32,000 nt of DNA from Opitutales bacterium. GTDB taxonomy: Bacteria; Verrucomicrobiota; Verrucomicrobiia; Opitutales; PNEW01. Every line of letters begins with the position of its first letter. The first letter of the stretch is position 1. Positions 7,352 through 16,924 of this stretch are shown here, piece after piece. The notes below the pieces were generated by a model. That model was not told where the DNA came from. It was given only the letters and a program-made list of their open reading frames with translations, and made no database searches. The position numbers and the translations under genes are program-made. The stretch covers positions 2,220,001 to 2,252,000 of the forward strand of contig CBDCNV010000002.1 of NCBI GenBank assembly GCA_965219535.1. Direction: 5' to 3'.

Positions 7352-9414
7352 ATGTTAAAAGTTTTGGATCTACACACTCTCGGCAACTATCGGATACAGT
7401 TCATCGTACTGATGATTGCGATTACAACTGCATCTATTGGTTGCAGTAGAAACATTGAGACTCCATCAGCAAGCGAAGAGAACGCATCTGAACGATCAGT
7501 CGTTAACACTGAAGGATTCAGTTTTGTTTATAAGGGTCCACGTCCCACAACATATAGTGAAGCTCCAGAATTGGCTAAGCGAGTTGCGAAAGGTGAGTTG
7601 CCTCCGGTGGAAGAGCGTCTGCCGGAAGAACCGTTGATTGTGCCAACCATTGAACGCATCGGTCAGTACGGTGGCACCTGGCGGCGGGGATTCACGGGGC
7701 GCGCGGACGGAAACAACTTCGATCGCTTAATACACGATCATTTGATTTACTATGACCTCGACGGCTATACTTTGGTGCCTCACATCGCGAGTGGATGGGA
7801 GATAAGTGAAGACGGGACTACTTTCACTTTCCATCTTCGTCGAGGCATGAAGTGGTCAGATGGTGCGCCATTCACCGCTGATGATTTCGTTTTCGCTTAC
7901 GAAGACTTGACTTTGAATGAAAATATCAACCCCGTCATTCCCAGCCCGACAAAAGCGGATGGACAAGTGTATAAGGTGGAAAAGATAGATGAGACCACCG
8001 TTCGTATTACCTTTCATAAAGCAAACTATATGTTTACCGAAAATGTTGGCGCATTAGCCATAGGGGGCAATTCACTCGTGAATGGGCTTGTCCACTCTAC
8101 GCTCCCCGGCATTATTTAATGCAGTTTCTTCCGAAGTATACCCCCGAAAGTGATCTGCAAGAGAAATTAAAAGCGGCCGGGGACAAAAATTGGATGCAAC
8201 TCTTTAAACGCATGGCCACACCTCTCGAGAACCGGGATTTGCCGGTGGTCGGGCCATGGAAAATGGTTACTCCAATTACGAGTGATGTATGCACTATGGA
8301 ACGTAATCCCTATTACTTTGCCGTTGATCCAGATGGGAATCAGTTGCCATATATCGATAAGATTGTAAGCCCCTTCGTTGAGAACCTGGAGGTATTCAAT
8401 GCACGCGTCATGGCTGGTGAAGTGGACATGCAGGCTCGACATGTTTTGTTGGATAAGGTTCCTGTCCTCAAAAGGGAAGCAGCAAGAGGTAATTATCGTG
8501 TTCTTATCTGGCCTAATTCAGGTGGATCTGACGCCGCGATTATTTTTAATCAAACTTGGGAGGGAGACCCGGAAATAGAAAAGTGGTTGAGAAACCGTGA
8601 TTTTCGAATTGCGCTCTCTGTTGCCATCGATCGAGAAGAGATTAACGAATCAATTTTTCTGGGCATGGGTCAGCCAAGAGCGTACGTGGCAACACCGGAT
8701 AATCCGTATTATCCCGGTCCTGAATTTGAAAAAAAATATGCAGTCCGCGATCTGGATAAGGCCAATAAAATCCTGGACAAATTAGGCCTCGATAGAAAAG
8801 ACCGTGACGGATACCGTTTGCGGTCTGACAATAAGGAACGTCTTATTATTACTCTCTCCGTCTTGAGGCAGGCGATGTTGAATTTTGAAGGAGTTGCTGA
8901 ACTTCTCACGAACCACTGGAAGGGTGTAGGTATATATACACATTTAAGTGTTGAAGAACGAAGTTATCACAGTAAACGCCATTCAACCAATGAACATCAA
9001 CTTAGCATGTGGACATCAGGTGGAACGGAAAATCCCTGGACTTCTGGTACCCTGACCTGTCCCGTCGGTAGCGCTGGTTTTGCGCCTCTCGTCGGCACCT
9101 GGTATATAACTAACGGGCAAAAAGGTGTGGCGCCCACCGGAGGTCTCAAGCGCTTGCTGGAAATTTTTGAAGAAGGCAATAGTCTCCCCCGTGACATGCG
9201 GACGGAATTGGGTAAAGAATTATGGAGAATCCATGTTAACAACCTCTACATGATTGGCACCGTTGGACAATCACCGGCGATGAACGGCGTTGTCGTGGTA
9301 AAAAATAATTTTCGCAATGTTCCCGACGTCGCGCCCAACAGCGCCGCAATGCAGAACCCGGGTATTGCCCGAACGGAACAATTCTTTTTTGATCGCAGTT
9401 TAAAAAATAACTGA
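7352..9414 (+). pseudogene. Family-5 (peptide/oligosaccharide type) ABC solute-binding lipoprotein, split by a frameshift
   Basis: ORFs 7352..8119 and 8119..9414 together make one SBP_bac_5-like protein. A lipobox-like ASIGC lies near the N-terminus, followed by WSDGAPFTADDFVF. The downstream frame is already open from 8020 and reads ...GQFTREWACPLYAPRHYLMQFLPKY, the typical family motif. The likely shift site is the GGGGG run at 8063..8067. Confidence 0.8.
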
Positions 9415-9430
9415 GAAGACTTCGAATATT

Positions 9431-10234
9431 ATGAGCAAATTACACTGGAGTGTCGATTACGCCTATGCATCCCCACTTTCCGCAGAAAAGAGCCAGGAGA
9501 ACTTTGAGGGAGAATTTGAACAGATACTGGCCGGTGTAATTTTGTCATCGCCCGTCGATTGTAATGCGGAAACGAAAACACACCATTATACCTTACTGCC
9601 GAATTTCTGGGGGGGCTTCAAGAACGGAGAAGATCCATACCTGAATATCGGGCGGGTCTCTATTAAACGAAGACGGGATGACGGGGATGTCTGGCGGTAT
9701 ACGATCGTGCATGAGAATACGAGTAGCGGCGAGGAACTCTTCCTCAATTTTACCTGCGACAACAAACCGGAAAGACCGTTAGTCGGTTCGTGGCAGATTC
9801 GCACCGAGAACAATGCGGACGGTTCTTATTCTTCTCTCTCTCTGACGGGAGCTTGCAATGAGAAGAGCGACGGAGAGCGTGTCGTATCGATTACGACAGC
9901 AAATGGACTTTCAATTGCCGCGGGAAACATTGAGGAAGATGAAACACTCACTTGTAATTGGGCATTGTTCGATATCCTTCCCCTGTTGAGTGAAAAAGGT
10001 AACCTGGATCATCTCGCGATACTCGACGACCTTGAGATACTCAAAAATGATTGCCGAATTAGTCGCCTCGAAGATTGGGTGATCGAAGTCGGCAATGAGC
10101 AGCATATACTTTCCGGATTCTGTGTTTTCGGCACGGGGTTACCTCCTACATACTGGTGGCTGACTGAAAGCGGGGAGGTAGCGGTCATGTCTACGATGTT
10201 GGCCACCTATGTTCTTAATGAAAGAAGCGATTAA
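9431..10234 (+). CDS. Hypothetical protein in an operon with the binding protein and the sulfatase
   Basis: 267 aa ORF, 16 nt after the upstream stop and 6 nt before the sulfatase start. No signal peptide and no recognisable motif. Confidence 0.65.
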   Translation: MSKLHWSVDYAYASPLSAEKSQENFEGEFEQILAGVILSSPVDCNAETKTHHYTLLPNFWGGFKNGEDPYLNIGRVSIKRRRDDGDVWRYTIVHENTSSGEELFLNFTCDNKPERPLVGSWQIRTENNADGSYSSLSLTGACNEKSDGERVVSITTANGLSIAAGNIEEDETLTCNWALFDILPLLSEKGNLDHLAILDDLEILKNDCRISRLEDWVIEVGNEQHILSGFCVFGTGLPPTYWWLTESGEVAVMSTMLATYVLNERSD

Positions 10235-10240
10235 AATTCC

Positions 10241-11728
10241 ATGGCGGATAATCTAAACATTCTCTTTATTAATACGGACCAGCAAACTTGGAACGACATC
10301 TCTTCGTACGGTAATCCAAACGTTCACACGCCGTACATTGACCGGTTGAAGCAGAACGGCATATCTTTTATGAGTAGTTATAGTGCGGATCCAGTCTGCG
10401 CGCCGGCGCGCGCAAGCTGGGTGACGGGACTTTATACTTCTGAAAATGGTGTTCCCTTTAATGGTGGCAGATTGCACGAGGACATCCCAGACCTGGGCCA
10501 GGTTTTGACGCGTAACGGTTATCATGCAGTCCATTGCGGTAAGTGGCATGTGGAAGGCCGCCCTATGCGGGAAAGTTTTCACAATCTCTATACAGGTAAG
10601 CGAGATATTGGCGCCTGTGGTGGCGAGTATTACGACCGCGTTTCCACCCATGCGGTGATCGATTTCCTGGATCGCTATGAGCAAACGATGTCTTTTTACC
10701 TACAGGTCGGGCTGGTGAATCCGCACGATATCTGTGAATACCTGCATAATCACGAGCAGAAGACTATTCCTGGACCGATCGAACAAAACCTGCTCTCGAT
10801 TGAAGATCTTCCACCCCTTCCCGATAATTTCGACTACGATAAACGGGAGACTCTCCTGCAACAAATGTTTCATAGAGATGAGGAACCAGTTATGCACGCC
10901 CCGATATTTAATGGCATTCGCAATTGGACAGAAACCCAATGGCGGTACTTGGCCTGGAATCACCTTCGCTTTGTCGAAGCCGTCGACCAACAGATCGGTC
11001 TTATCCTGAATGCGCTTGATAAGAGCCGTTTCCGTGACAATACGCTGATCATTTTTTCTGCCGATCACGGAGAGTCAAAAGGGCGCCACCGGGCATTCCA
11101 GAAATTCTCTCTCTACGAGGAAAGTATCTGCGTCCCGTTTATCATCGCTGCTCTCAATGATCAGCTGAATGTACCCAAAGACGTTTCAGATACTGAACAC
11201 TTTATATCTGGTGTCGACCTCGTGCCGACTGTCCTCGATTACGCCGGCATTGAAATGCCCGGCGGCGTTCAGGGATTGAGTCTGAAACCACTGGTTGAGC
11301 TCGCTCACCGAAATGTCACGCCTGAAATCAACGCAGGTGAAACGGATGCAGCGACAGCCGCGCAAGAAATTACGTGGCGTGAATTTGTCTACGTTGAATC
11401 CAACTACTGGTCCCGAGCAATAATAACCGAGCTTTATAAGTATATCATGGAGTACCGTCCAAAACAGGAGGAAGATTTTGTTCCACCTGGTCCGGATACA
11501 GATTCCGTTGGCATTGAACAGCTCTTCGATCTGCGCGACGATCCATCGGAAACAAAAAACCTTGCCGGTGATTCGCACTTTGACGATGTGCTCGCGGACA
11601 GTCGTGAAAAACTTTTTTCTTTTGAAGAGAAACTGCATCGCCGACCCTTGCGTAACGGTCGACCGCGCGAAGTGGTCGGGAAATGGTCTGAGCAGCTACG
11701 TGAACGTTGGGCGGTGCATGAAAGTTGA
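10241..11728 (+). CDS. Sulfatase (Cys-type, formylglycine-dependent family) without a signal peptide
   Basis: 495 aa. It starts with NILFINTDQQ (metal-binding start) and carries the C-x-P-x-R signature in SADPVCAPARASWVTG. Later conserved blocks include HCGKWH and FSADHGE. The upstream stop is only 6 nt away, so there is no room for a leader peptide. Confidence 0.9.
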   Translation: MADNLNILFINTDQQTWNDISSYGNPNVHTPYIDRLKQNGISFMSSYSADPVCAPARASWVTGLYTSENGVPFNGGRLHEDIPDLGQVLTRNGYHAVHCGKWHVEGRPMRESFHNLYTGKRDIGACGGEYYDRVSTHAVIDFLDRYEQTMSFYLQVGLVNPHDICEYLHNHEQKTIPGPIEQNLLSIEDLPPLPDNFDYDKRETLLQQMFHRDEEPVMHAPIFNGIRNWTETQWRYLAWNHLRFVEAVDQQIGLILNALDKSRFRDNTLIIFSADHGESKGRHRAFQKFSLYEESICVPFIIAALNDQLNVPKDVSDTEHFISGVDLVPTVLDYAGIEMPGGVQGLSLKPLVELAHRNVTPEINAGETDAATAAQEITWREFVYVESNYWSRAIITELYKYIMEYRPKQEEDFVPPGPDTDSVGIEQLFDLRDDPSETKNLAGDSHFDDVLADSREKLFSFEEKLHRRPLRNGRPREVVGKWSEQLRERWAVHES

Positions 11729-11792
11729 TATTTGGAATGCTAATTTTGCCGGTGATTTTAATAATATTATTTTTAACTATGTATAGTCCCTT

Positions 11793-11924
11793 TTGTCATT
11801 GCGAAGGAGGCAAAGCCGACTGCGGCTACCAAGCGCAGCGACATCTTCCATTCCAGGGTGTCGACGATGAGCGTTCGACGTTCCCCTGGATCGCCACGGC
11901 TGACAAGCAGCCTCGCGATGACAA
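11793..11924 (-). repeat. MITE-like element, family A copy 3 (inverted orientation)
   Basis: Termini are TTGTCATTGCGAAGG and CTCGCGATGACAA. The internal AGCGCAGCGACATCTTCCATTCC is the reverse complement of the block in copies 1 and 2. Confidence 0.8.
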
Positions 11925-12101
11925 GTGGAGTTAATCTCAAATCGATAAATCCCTTACACGGGAGTCACACACTGTCTTTCTGCTTCGAAAGTTTTGTCTT
12001 GGGTTTTAGTAAAAATAAAGTATAGTTATTCTTTTGGTTGAATTTTCAACGCGTGCTTTTGTTAGCACACTAAAACTTCCTTCGAGGGATACCCCATATT
12101 T

Positions 12102-13925
12102 ATGAGCACTGAATTAATTCGTAATATTGGTATTATTGCCCATGTCGACCATGGCAAGACCACGCTGGTGGACTGCATTCTCAAGCAAGGTGGTACCTTC
12201 CGTGAATATAAGGAGGTGGAAACCTGTGTCATGGACAGTAATGACTTGGAGCGCGAGCGCGGCATAACCATTTTTTCCAAGAACGCGTCCATCCGGCACG
12301 GTAATTATAAAATCAATATCGTGGATACCCCGGGCCATGCCGATTTCGGTGGTGAGGTGGAACGTATTTTGAAAATGGTCAACGGTGTTTTATTGATTGT
12401 CGACGCCGCTGAGGGCCCCATGCCGCAGACCCGGTTCGTCCTCAAAAAATCGCTCGATCTAGGACTGAAGCCAATTGTGGTGATCAATAAAATCGACCGC
12501 AAAGGTGCCGACCCGGCGAAAGCGCTCAACGAAGTATTCGATTTATTTGTGAGTCTGGGCGCGAGCGACGCGCAATTGGATTTTTCTACGATTTATACCT
12601 CAGCCAAAGATGGGTTCTGCCGACTCGAGCCGGATGGTGAAAATCAGGACATGAAACCTCTGCTCAATCTTATTGTAGAAAGAGTGGAGCCACATGACGG
12701 CAACCCGAAGGGCTCATTCCAGATGCTGGTGTCTTCGATTGATTACAATGATTACGTTGGACGTATCGCAATCGGTAAAATTCAGCGTGGCAGTTACGAT
12801 TCCAGTAAGCGATATACGCTGATCAATCGAGCGGGGGATATGCAGGAATTTAAGATTACCAAACTGTTCACCTACGAGGGATTAGAGCAGGTGGAAGCGG
12901 AAGTTGCCTCGACGGGTGACATTATTGGAGTTGCCGGGATGAAGGAGGTGGATATCGGTGAAACGATCGCCGATAGCGACTATCCTGAAGCACTGCCGGT
13001 AATCGAGATCGATGAACCGACCTTGTCTATAAATTTTGTCGTTAATGATTCTCCGTTCGCTGGTAGGGAAGGGAAGTTTGTCACCACACGACAATTACGT
13101 GATCGCCTGTTTAAGGAAATTAAAAAAAATGTGGCCCTCCGGGTCGAAGAGATTGGTTCGGGGGAAGCATTCAAGGTTTACGGTCGAGGGGAACTTCATC
13201 TCGGCATACTTATAGAACACATGCGCCGGGAGGGCTATGAATTTGCGGTGTCGCGACCGGAAGTCGTGATGAAGGAAGTCGATGGTAAAACGATGGAGCC
13301 CGAGGAGTTTGTAATTATTGATGTCGACAAAGCCTATATGGGCCCGGTGATGGAAGAGATGGGACAGCGCAAAGGTAATTTGAAAAACATGAATGATACT
13401 GAATCGGATAGGATTCGTTTGGAATTTGTGATACCGACCCGCGGCCTGTTCGGTTTTCGTTCGCAGTTAATGACCCAGACCAAGGGGACGGGAATAATGA
13501 ATTGTAGTTTTCATAACTATATTCCCTATTGTGGACCGCTGGCGCGTCGTAACAATGGTGTGTTGATCTCCCTCGAAGGCGGTAAGACGACCGGCTATTC
13601 TATTTGCAACCTGGAAGAGCGGGGGACGATGTTCATGGGACCTGGTGAAGAGGTTTACACGGGAATGATCATCGGGGAAAATAATAAAGACGACGACCTG
13701 GTGGTTAATATATGTAAGGGTAAAAAGCTGAGCAATATGAGGAGCGCGGGGTCGGACGACACGGTCACCCTGGTACCTCCTCGACGGATGAGTTTGGAGC
13801 AGATTCTAGGTTATCTGAATCATGACGAATTGGTAGAGATTACACCCGCTAATATTCGCTTGCGCAAAAAACAGCTCGATGAACATGCCCGCAAACGAGA
13901 TTCTAAGAAAGAGGCAGTCTCCTGA
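12102..13925 (+). CDS. typA: Translational GTPase TypA/BipA
   Basis: 607 aa. G1 is [13 protein letters not shown]3 is [14 protein letters not shown] and G4 is NKIDR. Length and C-terminal domain organisation are typical of BipA. Confidence 0.95.
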   Translation: MSTELIRNIGIIAHVDHGKTTLVDCILKQGGTFREYKEVETCVMDSNDLERERGITIFSKNASIRHGNYKINIVDTPGHADFGGEVERILKMVNGVLLIVDAAEGPMPQTRFVLKKSLDLGLKPIVVINKIDRKGADPAKALNEVFDLFVSLGASDAQLDFSTIYTSAKDGFCRLEPDGENQDMKPLLNLIVERVEPHDGNPKGSFQMLVSSIDYNDYVGRIAIGKIQRGSYDSSKRYTLINRAGDMQEFKITKLFTYEGLEQVEAEVASTGDIIGVAGMKEVDIGETIADSDYPEALPVIEIDEPTLSINFVVNDSPFAGREGKFVTTRQLRDRLFKEIKKNVALRVEEIGSGEAFKVYGRGELHLGILIEHMRREGYEFAVSRPEVVMKEVDGKTMEPEEFVIIDVDKAYMGPVMEEMGQRKGNLKNMNDTESDRIRLEFVIPTRGLFGFRSQLMTQTKGTGIMNCSFHNYIPYCGPLARRNNGVLISLEGGKTTGYSICNLEERGTMFMGPGEEVYTGMIIGENNKDDDLVVNICKGKKLSNMRSAGSDDTVTLVPPRRMSLEQILGYLNHDELVEITPANIRLRKKQLDEHARKRDSKKEAVS

Positions 13926-13964
13926 CTTTTAGTTGCCTCTTCCCTGTAAGCTGCAAGATGGGGT

Positions 13965-14097
13965 GATGACGATCCGTTGGAAATCTAATACCTTGCCGGT
14001 GATTCGCGAAACGCCGATGTGCGACGGTCGACCGCGCGATTATACCCGAAAAATGTCGGTGCGGCTTCTTGAATGCTTGGCCGTGATTGACGGGTAA
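13965..14097 (+). pseudogene. Relic of a sulfatase gene 3' end
   Basis: It aligns to 11536..11728 of the intact sulfatase. ACCTTGCCGGTGATTCGC is an 18/18 match and ACGGTCGACCGCGCGA is 16/16. The relic also has an internal stop (13986..13988) and a deletion of about 60 nt. The last 24 codons of both end at the same stop position (NGRPREVVGKWSEQLRERWAVHES* versus DGRPRDYTRKMSVRLLECLAVIDG*). Confidence 0.7.
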
Positions 14098-14121
14098 GAA
14101 AAGTTAAAATAGAAATTAACA

Positions 14122-15750
14122 ATGACCACTACAAGGAATCAGCAGATAGGATGGAGGGGAACTAGCACTGCTGGTGTCGTTGCCGCAGGCAGCGCCGAGT
14201 CAGTCGCTGCAGGAATCAGAATACTCGATGATGGTGGAAACGCGGCAGATGCTGCCGTTGCCACCATCTTTGCACTCAATGTCACCGATCACGGTGCATG
14301 CTCTATTGGAGGAGAGGTTCCGCTTCTCATTTATGACGCGCGGCAAAAGGAGGTTAAAGCGCTCAGTGGTCAAGGGCGTGCCCCGTTATCACAAGAAGCC
14401 ATCGATTGGTACATGAAGCATGGAATCCCCGGCGGGGGAGATATCAAGATGGCCCCGGTCCCCTCGGTTGTAGACTTGTGCATTACCACACTCCAGCGGT
14501 ACGGCACACGGACGTTGAAAGATGTCGTGACATCTACACTTGCTCTCCTCGATGCGGGAACGGAATCCTGGCACCCGAAACTCGCAGTCACCTTTCGCAG
14601 AATGGTTGAAGAGGAAGAGATTGCTTCCGGGAGCCGAGAGGAAAAACTCCAGGCGGCAGCTGATCGTTTCTACGGTCGGAACGAGAATAGAAATGACATA
14701 GTAGATGATCTGGAAGCGTATTACATCGAAATGGGTGGATTTCTCCGAAAAACTGATCTTGCGGCCCACTTAACCCTGATCGAAGATCCGGTAACGGTCG
14801 AGTACCGAGGCTATACGATCTGTAAGTGCGGGCCCTGGACGCAGGGTCCCTTTCTCTGCCAGGCTCTGAGACTGTTGGAGGGCTTTGACCTGAGAGCCAT
14901 GGGCCATCTCTCGGCTGACTACATACATGTCGTTACAGAAGCCATCAAGCTGGCTATGGCGGATCGTGACGAGTACTACGGCGACCCCGATTTTGTTGAC
15001 GTCCCCTTGCAAGCTCTACTCTCAGATGCCTACACCGAAATCCGCAGCCCGCTTATCGATAGGCAACAGGTATCCCTGGAAGCGCGTCCAGGCGATCCTC
15101 TCGAGATGAAACCGCTTAAGAATGGTGGTGTCTTTCGACCCGGGGTTGGAGGGACAACGACCTGTGTCGTGGCAGACTGCTGGGGTAATGTGATTTCTGC
15201 CACGCCAAGTGCCAATGTCGCAATAGAACCACGAGATGGTGGTAAAGCTGGCGTTACTTTTGGCAATCGCCTACGCAGTCTTAATACGACCCCGGGACAT
15301 CCAAACTGTATTCAGCCTGGTAAACGGCCCCGTATCACGCTTACTCCTACGCTCGTTCTTAAAGAGGGCAAGCCTGTCATGGCGATCAGTGTAGCAGGAG
15401 GTGATCTGCAAGATCAGGTGGCACTGAATTTACTTCTTAATGTTATCGAGTTTGGGATGCTCCCTGAAGCAGCTGTAACGACGCCACGCTTCGCCACTGC
15501 ACATCACCAGGACTCCTTCGATCCCAATCACGACCGCACGCAAACCTTCATCGAGCCAGGTTCGCTATCGATCAGTGATCAGGTGAGTGAGTGTGTTCAG
15601 GAAGAACTTTCTCATCGTGGACATAAGTGCGAGATAATGGCATCCCCGATTGCTTCACCCGTCATGCTCACTATCGATCATGGAAGTGGATTGTACCATG
15701 CTGCGGGTGATCCGAATACCCAACGTCACGCCGCTGGGTTAGACAGATAA
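14122..15750 (+). CDS. Gamma-glutamyltransferase family protein (Ntn hydrolase), no signal peptide seen
   Basis: 542 aa. NAADAAVAT lies near the N-terminus. A GGTTTCVVADCWGNVISATPS segment corresponds to the autoprocessing/catalytic Thr region of GGT-family enzymes. Confidence 0.8.
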   Translation: MTTTRNQQIGWRGTSTAGVVAAGSAESVAAGIRILDDGGNAADAAVATIFALNVTDHGACSIGGEVPLLIYDARQKEVKALSGQGRAPLSQEAIDWYMKHGIPGGGDIKMAPVPSVVDLCITTLQRYGTRTLKDVVTSTLALLDAGTESWHPKLAVTFRRMVEEEEIASGSREEKLQAAADRFYGRNENRNDIVDDLEAYYIEMGGFLRKTDLAAHLTLIEDPVTVEYRGYTICKCGPWTQGPFLCQALRLLEGFDLRAMGHLSADYIHVVTEAIKLAMADRDEYYGDPDFVDVPLQALLSDAYTEIRSPLIDRQQVSLEARPGDPLEMKPLKNGGVFRPGVGGTTTCVVADCWGNVISATPSANVAIEPRDGGKAGVTFGNRLRSLNTTPGHPNCIQPGKRPRITLTPTLVLKEGKPVMAISVAGGDLQDQVALNLLLNVIEFGMLPEAAVTTPRFATAHHQDSFDPNHDRTQTFIEPGSLSISDQVSECVQEELSHRGHKCEIMASPIASPVMLTIDHGSGLYHAAGDPNTQRHAAGLDR

Positions 15751-15788
15751 TAATTGTACCGTTTGACCCCTTTTTTTCGATTCATTCG

Positions 15789-15810
15789 GGCCTGAACTAT
15801 TTTTCAGGCC
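15789..15810. terminator. Candidate hairpin between convergent genes
   Basis: GGCCTGAA-CTATTT-TTCAGGCC forms a perfect 8 bp stem between the GGT-family stop (15750) and the aldolase stop (15894). There is no strong T-tract on either side. Confidence 0.35.
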
Positions 15811-15867
15811 AAGAATCCCGATAGTTTTTAATTTGATATACTTGTTGCTCACTGAACATAACGTTTA

Positions 15868-15896
15868 CGTCTTCAACATTTTGACCTTTTGACTCA
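15868..15896 (-). repeat. GTCAAAAG-type octamer array (family C), copy 2
   Basis: On the minus strand it reads TGAGTCAAAAGGTCAAAATGTTGAAGACG, starting at the aldolase stop codon. The tail GTTGAAGACG matches 24304..24315 and 27098..27107. Confidence 0.7.
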
Positions 15897-16784
15897 ATCC
15901 ATTTTCCGTTGGGTATACTCTCGTCCGATCTTCGCCACTTCTTCAAAACGGCCTGAAATAATTCTGGCCCCTGAATCTATTGTTTTATCAATATCATCGG
16001 GGGTTCCACCACCTATAAAAACGATACCCTTTTCCTTACACGCGTTATTAACTCTTTGCCGCGCTTCTATAATCCTTTTGTCCTGATCAAGGTCAGCACC
16101 GCTTTTTGCTTCTCTAACAATACCCATAGACATGGACAAGTCCCCCGGACCCATTTCAGCAAAACCTATTCCTGGCACACTTAGTATCGCTTCACAATTT
16201 TCCAAGCCTCTTACCGATTCAATCTTCAAGCCTAATAAAAGTTCTCCTTTGGGATTAAGGGGCCAGGGATCGGCGAGAGAAATATAATCACTTGGGTCGA
16301 TTCCCCACACGGTTGAGGCAGTACCTTCAGAACCGACACCCCGGGTCCCCTTGCTTAAACCTTCCCCGACACCGAGAAGATTTCTTGGATACCGACAGGA
16401 TTCCACAAAGGCTTTAACCGCATCGGGGCTCTCGGCCTGACATAATAATATGCCGTGTACACCTCTGGCTAAAATCTGTCTGATCTGCCAGGCATTAAAC
16501 CGAATAAGATCCTCACTAACGCCCTCAGCAGGTAATTCCACGATAAGCGTCGGCGTTTTGTGGCCGGATTTTGTGGGGCCACCATCAATTAATCCTTTGA
16601 TATAGTTTTCAAGGCCGGTCATATCAAAACAGCCATGTTCCATTCCGATATTGATGTAATCGGCCCAAGTTTGCGCATCTTTTTTCCCCTCTTCATAAGT
16701 CAAAACATGACCTGAATGGGCACCAATATAATAAACTGGCTGATCAACACTTAATAATTCTGCTGCTTTATTGATTTGTGGCAT
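15894..16784 (-). CDS. HpcH/HpaI-family aldolase (2-keto-3-deoxy sugar-acid aldolase type)
   Basis: Family-like segments include INIGMEHGCFD, ILLCQAESPDAVKAFVESCRYP, GLKIESVRGLEN and GFAEMGPGDLSMSMG. The maximal ORF runs to a GTG at 16853, but that extension covers a 24 bp inverted repeat. ATG 16784 (MPQINK...) is the more plausible start. Confidence 0.75.
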   Translation of the reverse strand: MPQINKAAELLSVDQPVYYIGAHSGHVLTYEEGKKDAQTWADYINIGMEHGCFDMTGLENYIKGLIDGGPTKSGHKTPTLIVELPAEGVSEDLIRFNAWQIRQILARGVHGILLCQAESPDAVKAFVESCRYPRNLLGVGEGLSKGTRGVGSEGTASTVWGIDPSDYISLADPWPLNPKGELLLGLKIESVRGLENCEAILSVPGIGFAEMGPGDLSMSMGIVREAKSGADLDQDKRIIEARQRVNNACKEKGIVFIGGGTPDDIDKTIDSGARIISGRFEEVAKIGREYTQRKMD

Positions 16785-16811
16785 AAATCTTCTGAGTAAT
16801 GTGGAAAAATG

Positions 16812-16904
16812 AAAGGGGTGATGTCGATCTTTTTGTGTCTTTCGAGTTAGCACTTCGATCGCTAATTTCTAAATTATAAGCAAAAAGATCGACATCACCC
16901 CTTT
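16812..16904. promoter_or_regulatory. Perfect 24 bp inverted repeat with a 45 bp spacer in the divergent aldolase/deacetylase intergenic region
   Basis: AAAGGGGTGATGTCGATCTTTTTG (16812..16835) is the exact reverse complement of CAAAAAGATCGACATCACCCCTTT (16881..16904). Confidence 0.6.
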
Positions 16905-16924
16905 TGTTTAACCTTCATACAACT

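Noticed and set aside
8063-8067. Programmed ribosomal frameshifting could explain the split binding-protein gene.
   Set aside because: I see no recognisable slippery heptamer plus downstream structure, and solute-binding proteins have no precedent for this. A 1 nt homopolymer indel, whether a mutation or a sequencing error, is the simpler explanation.
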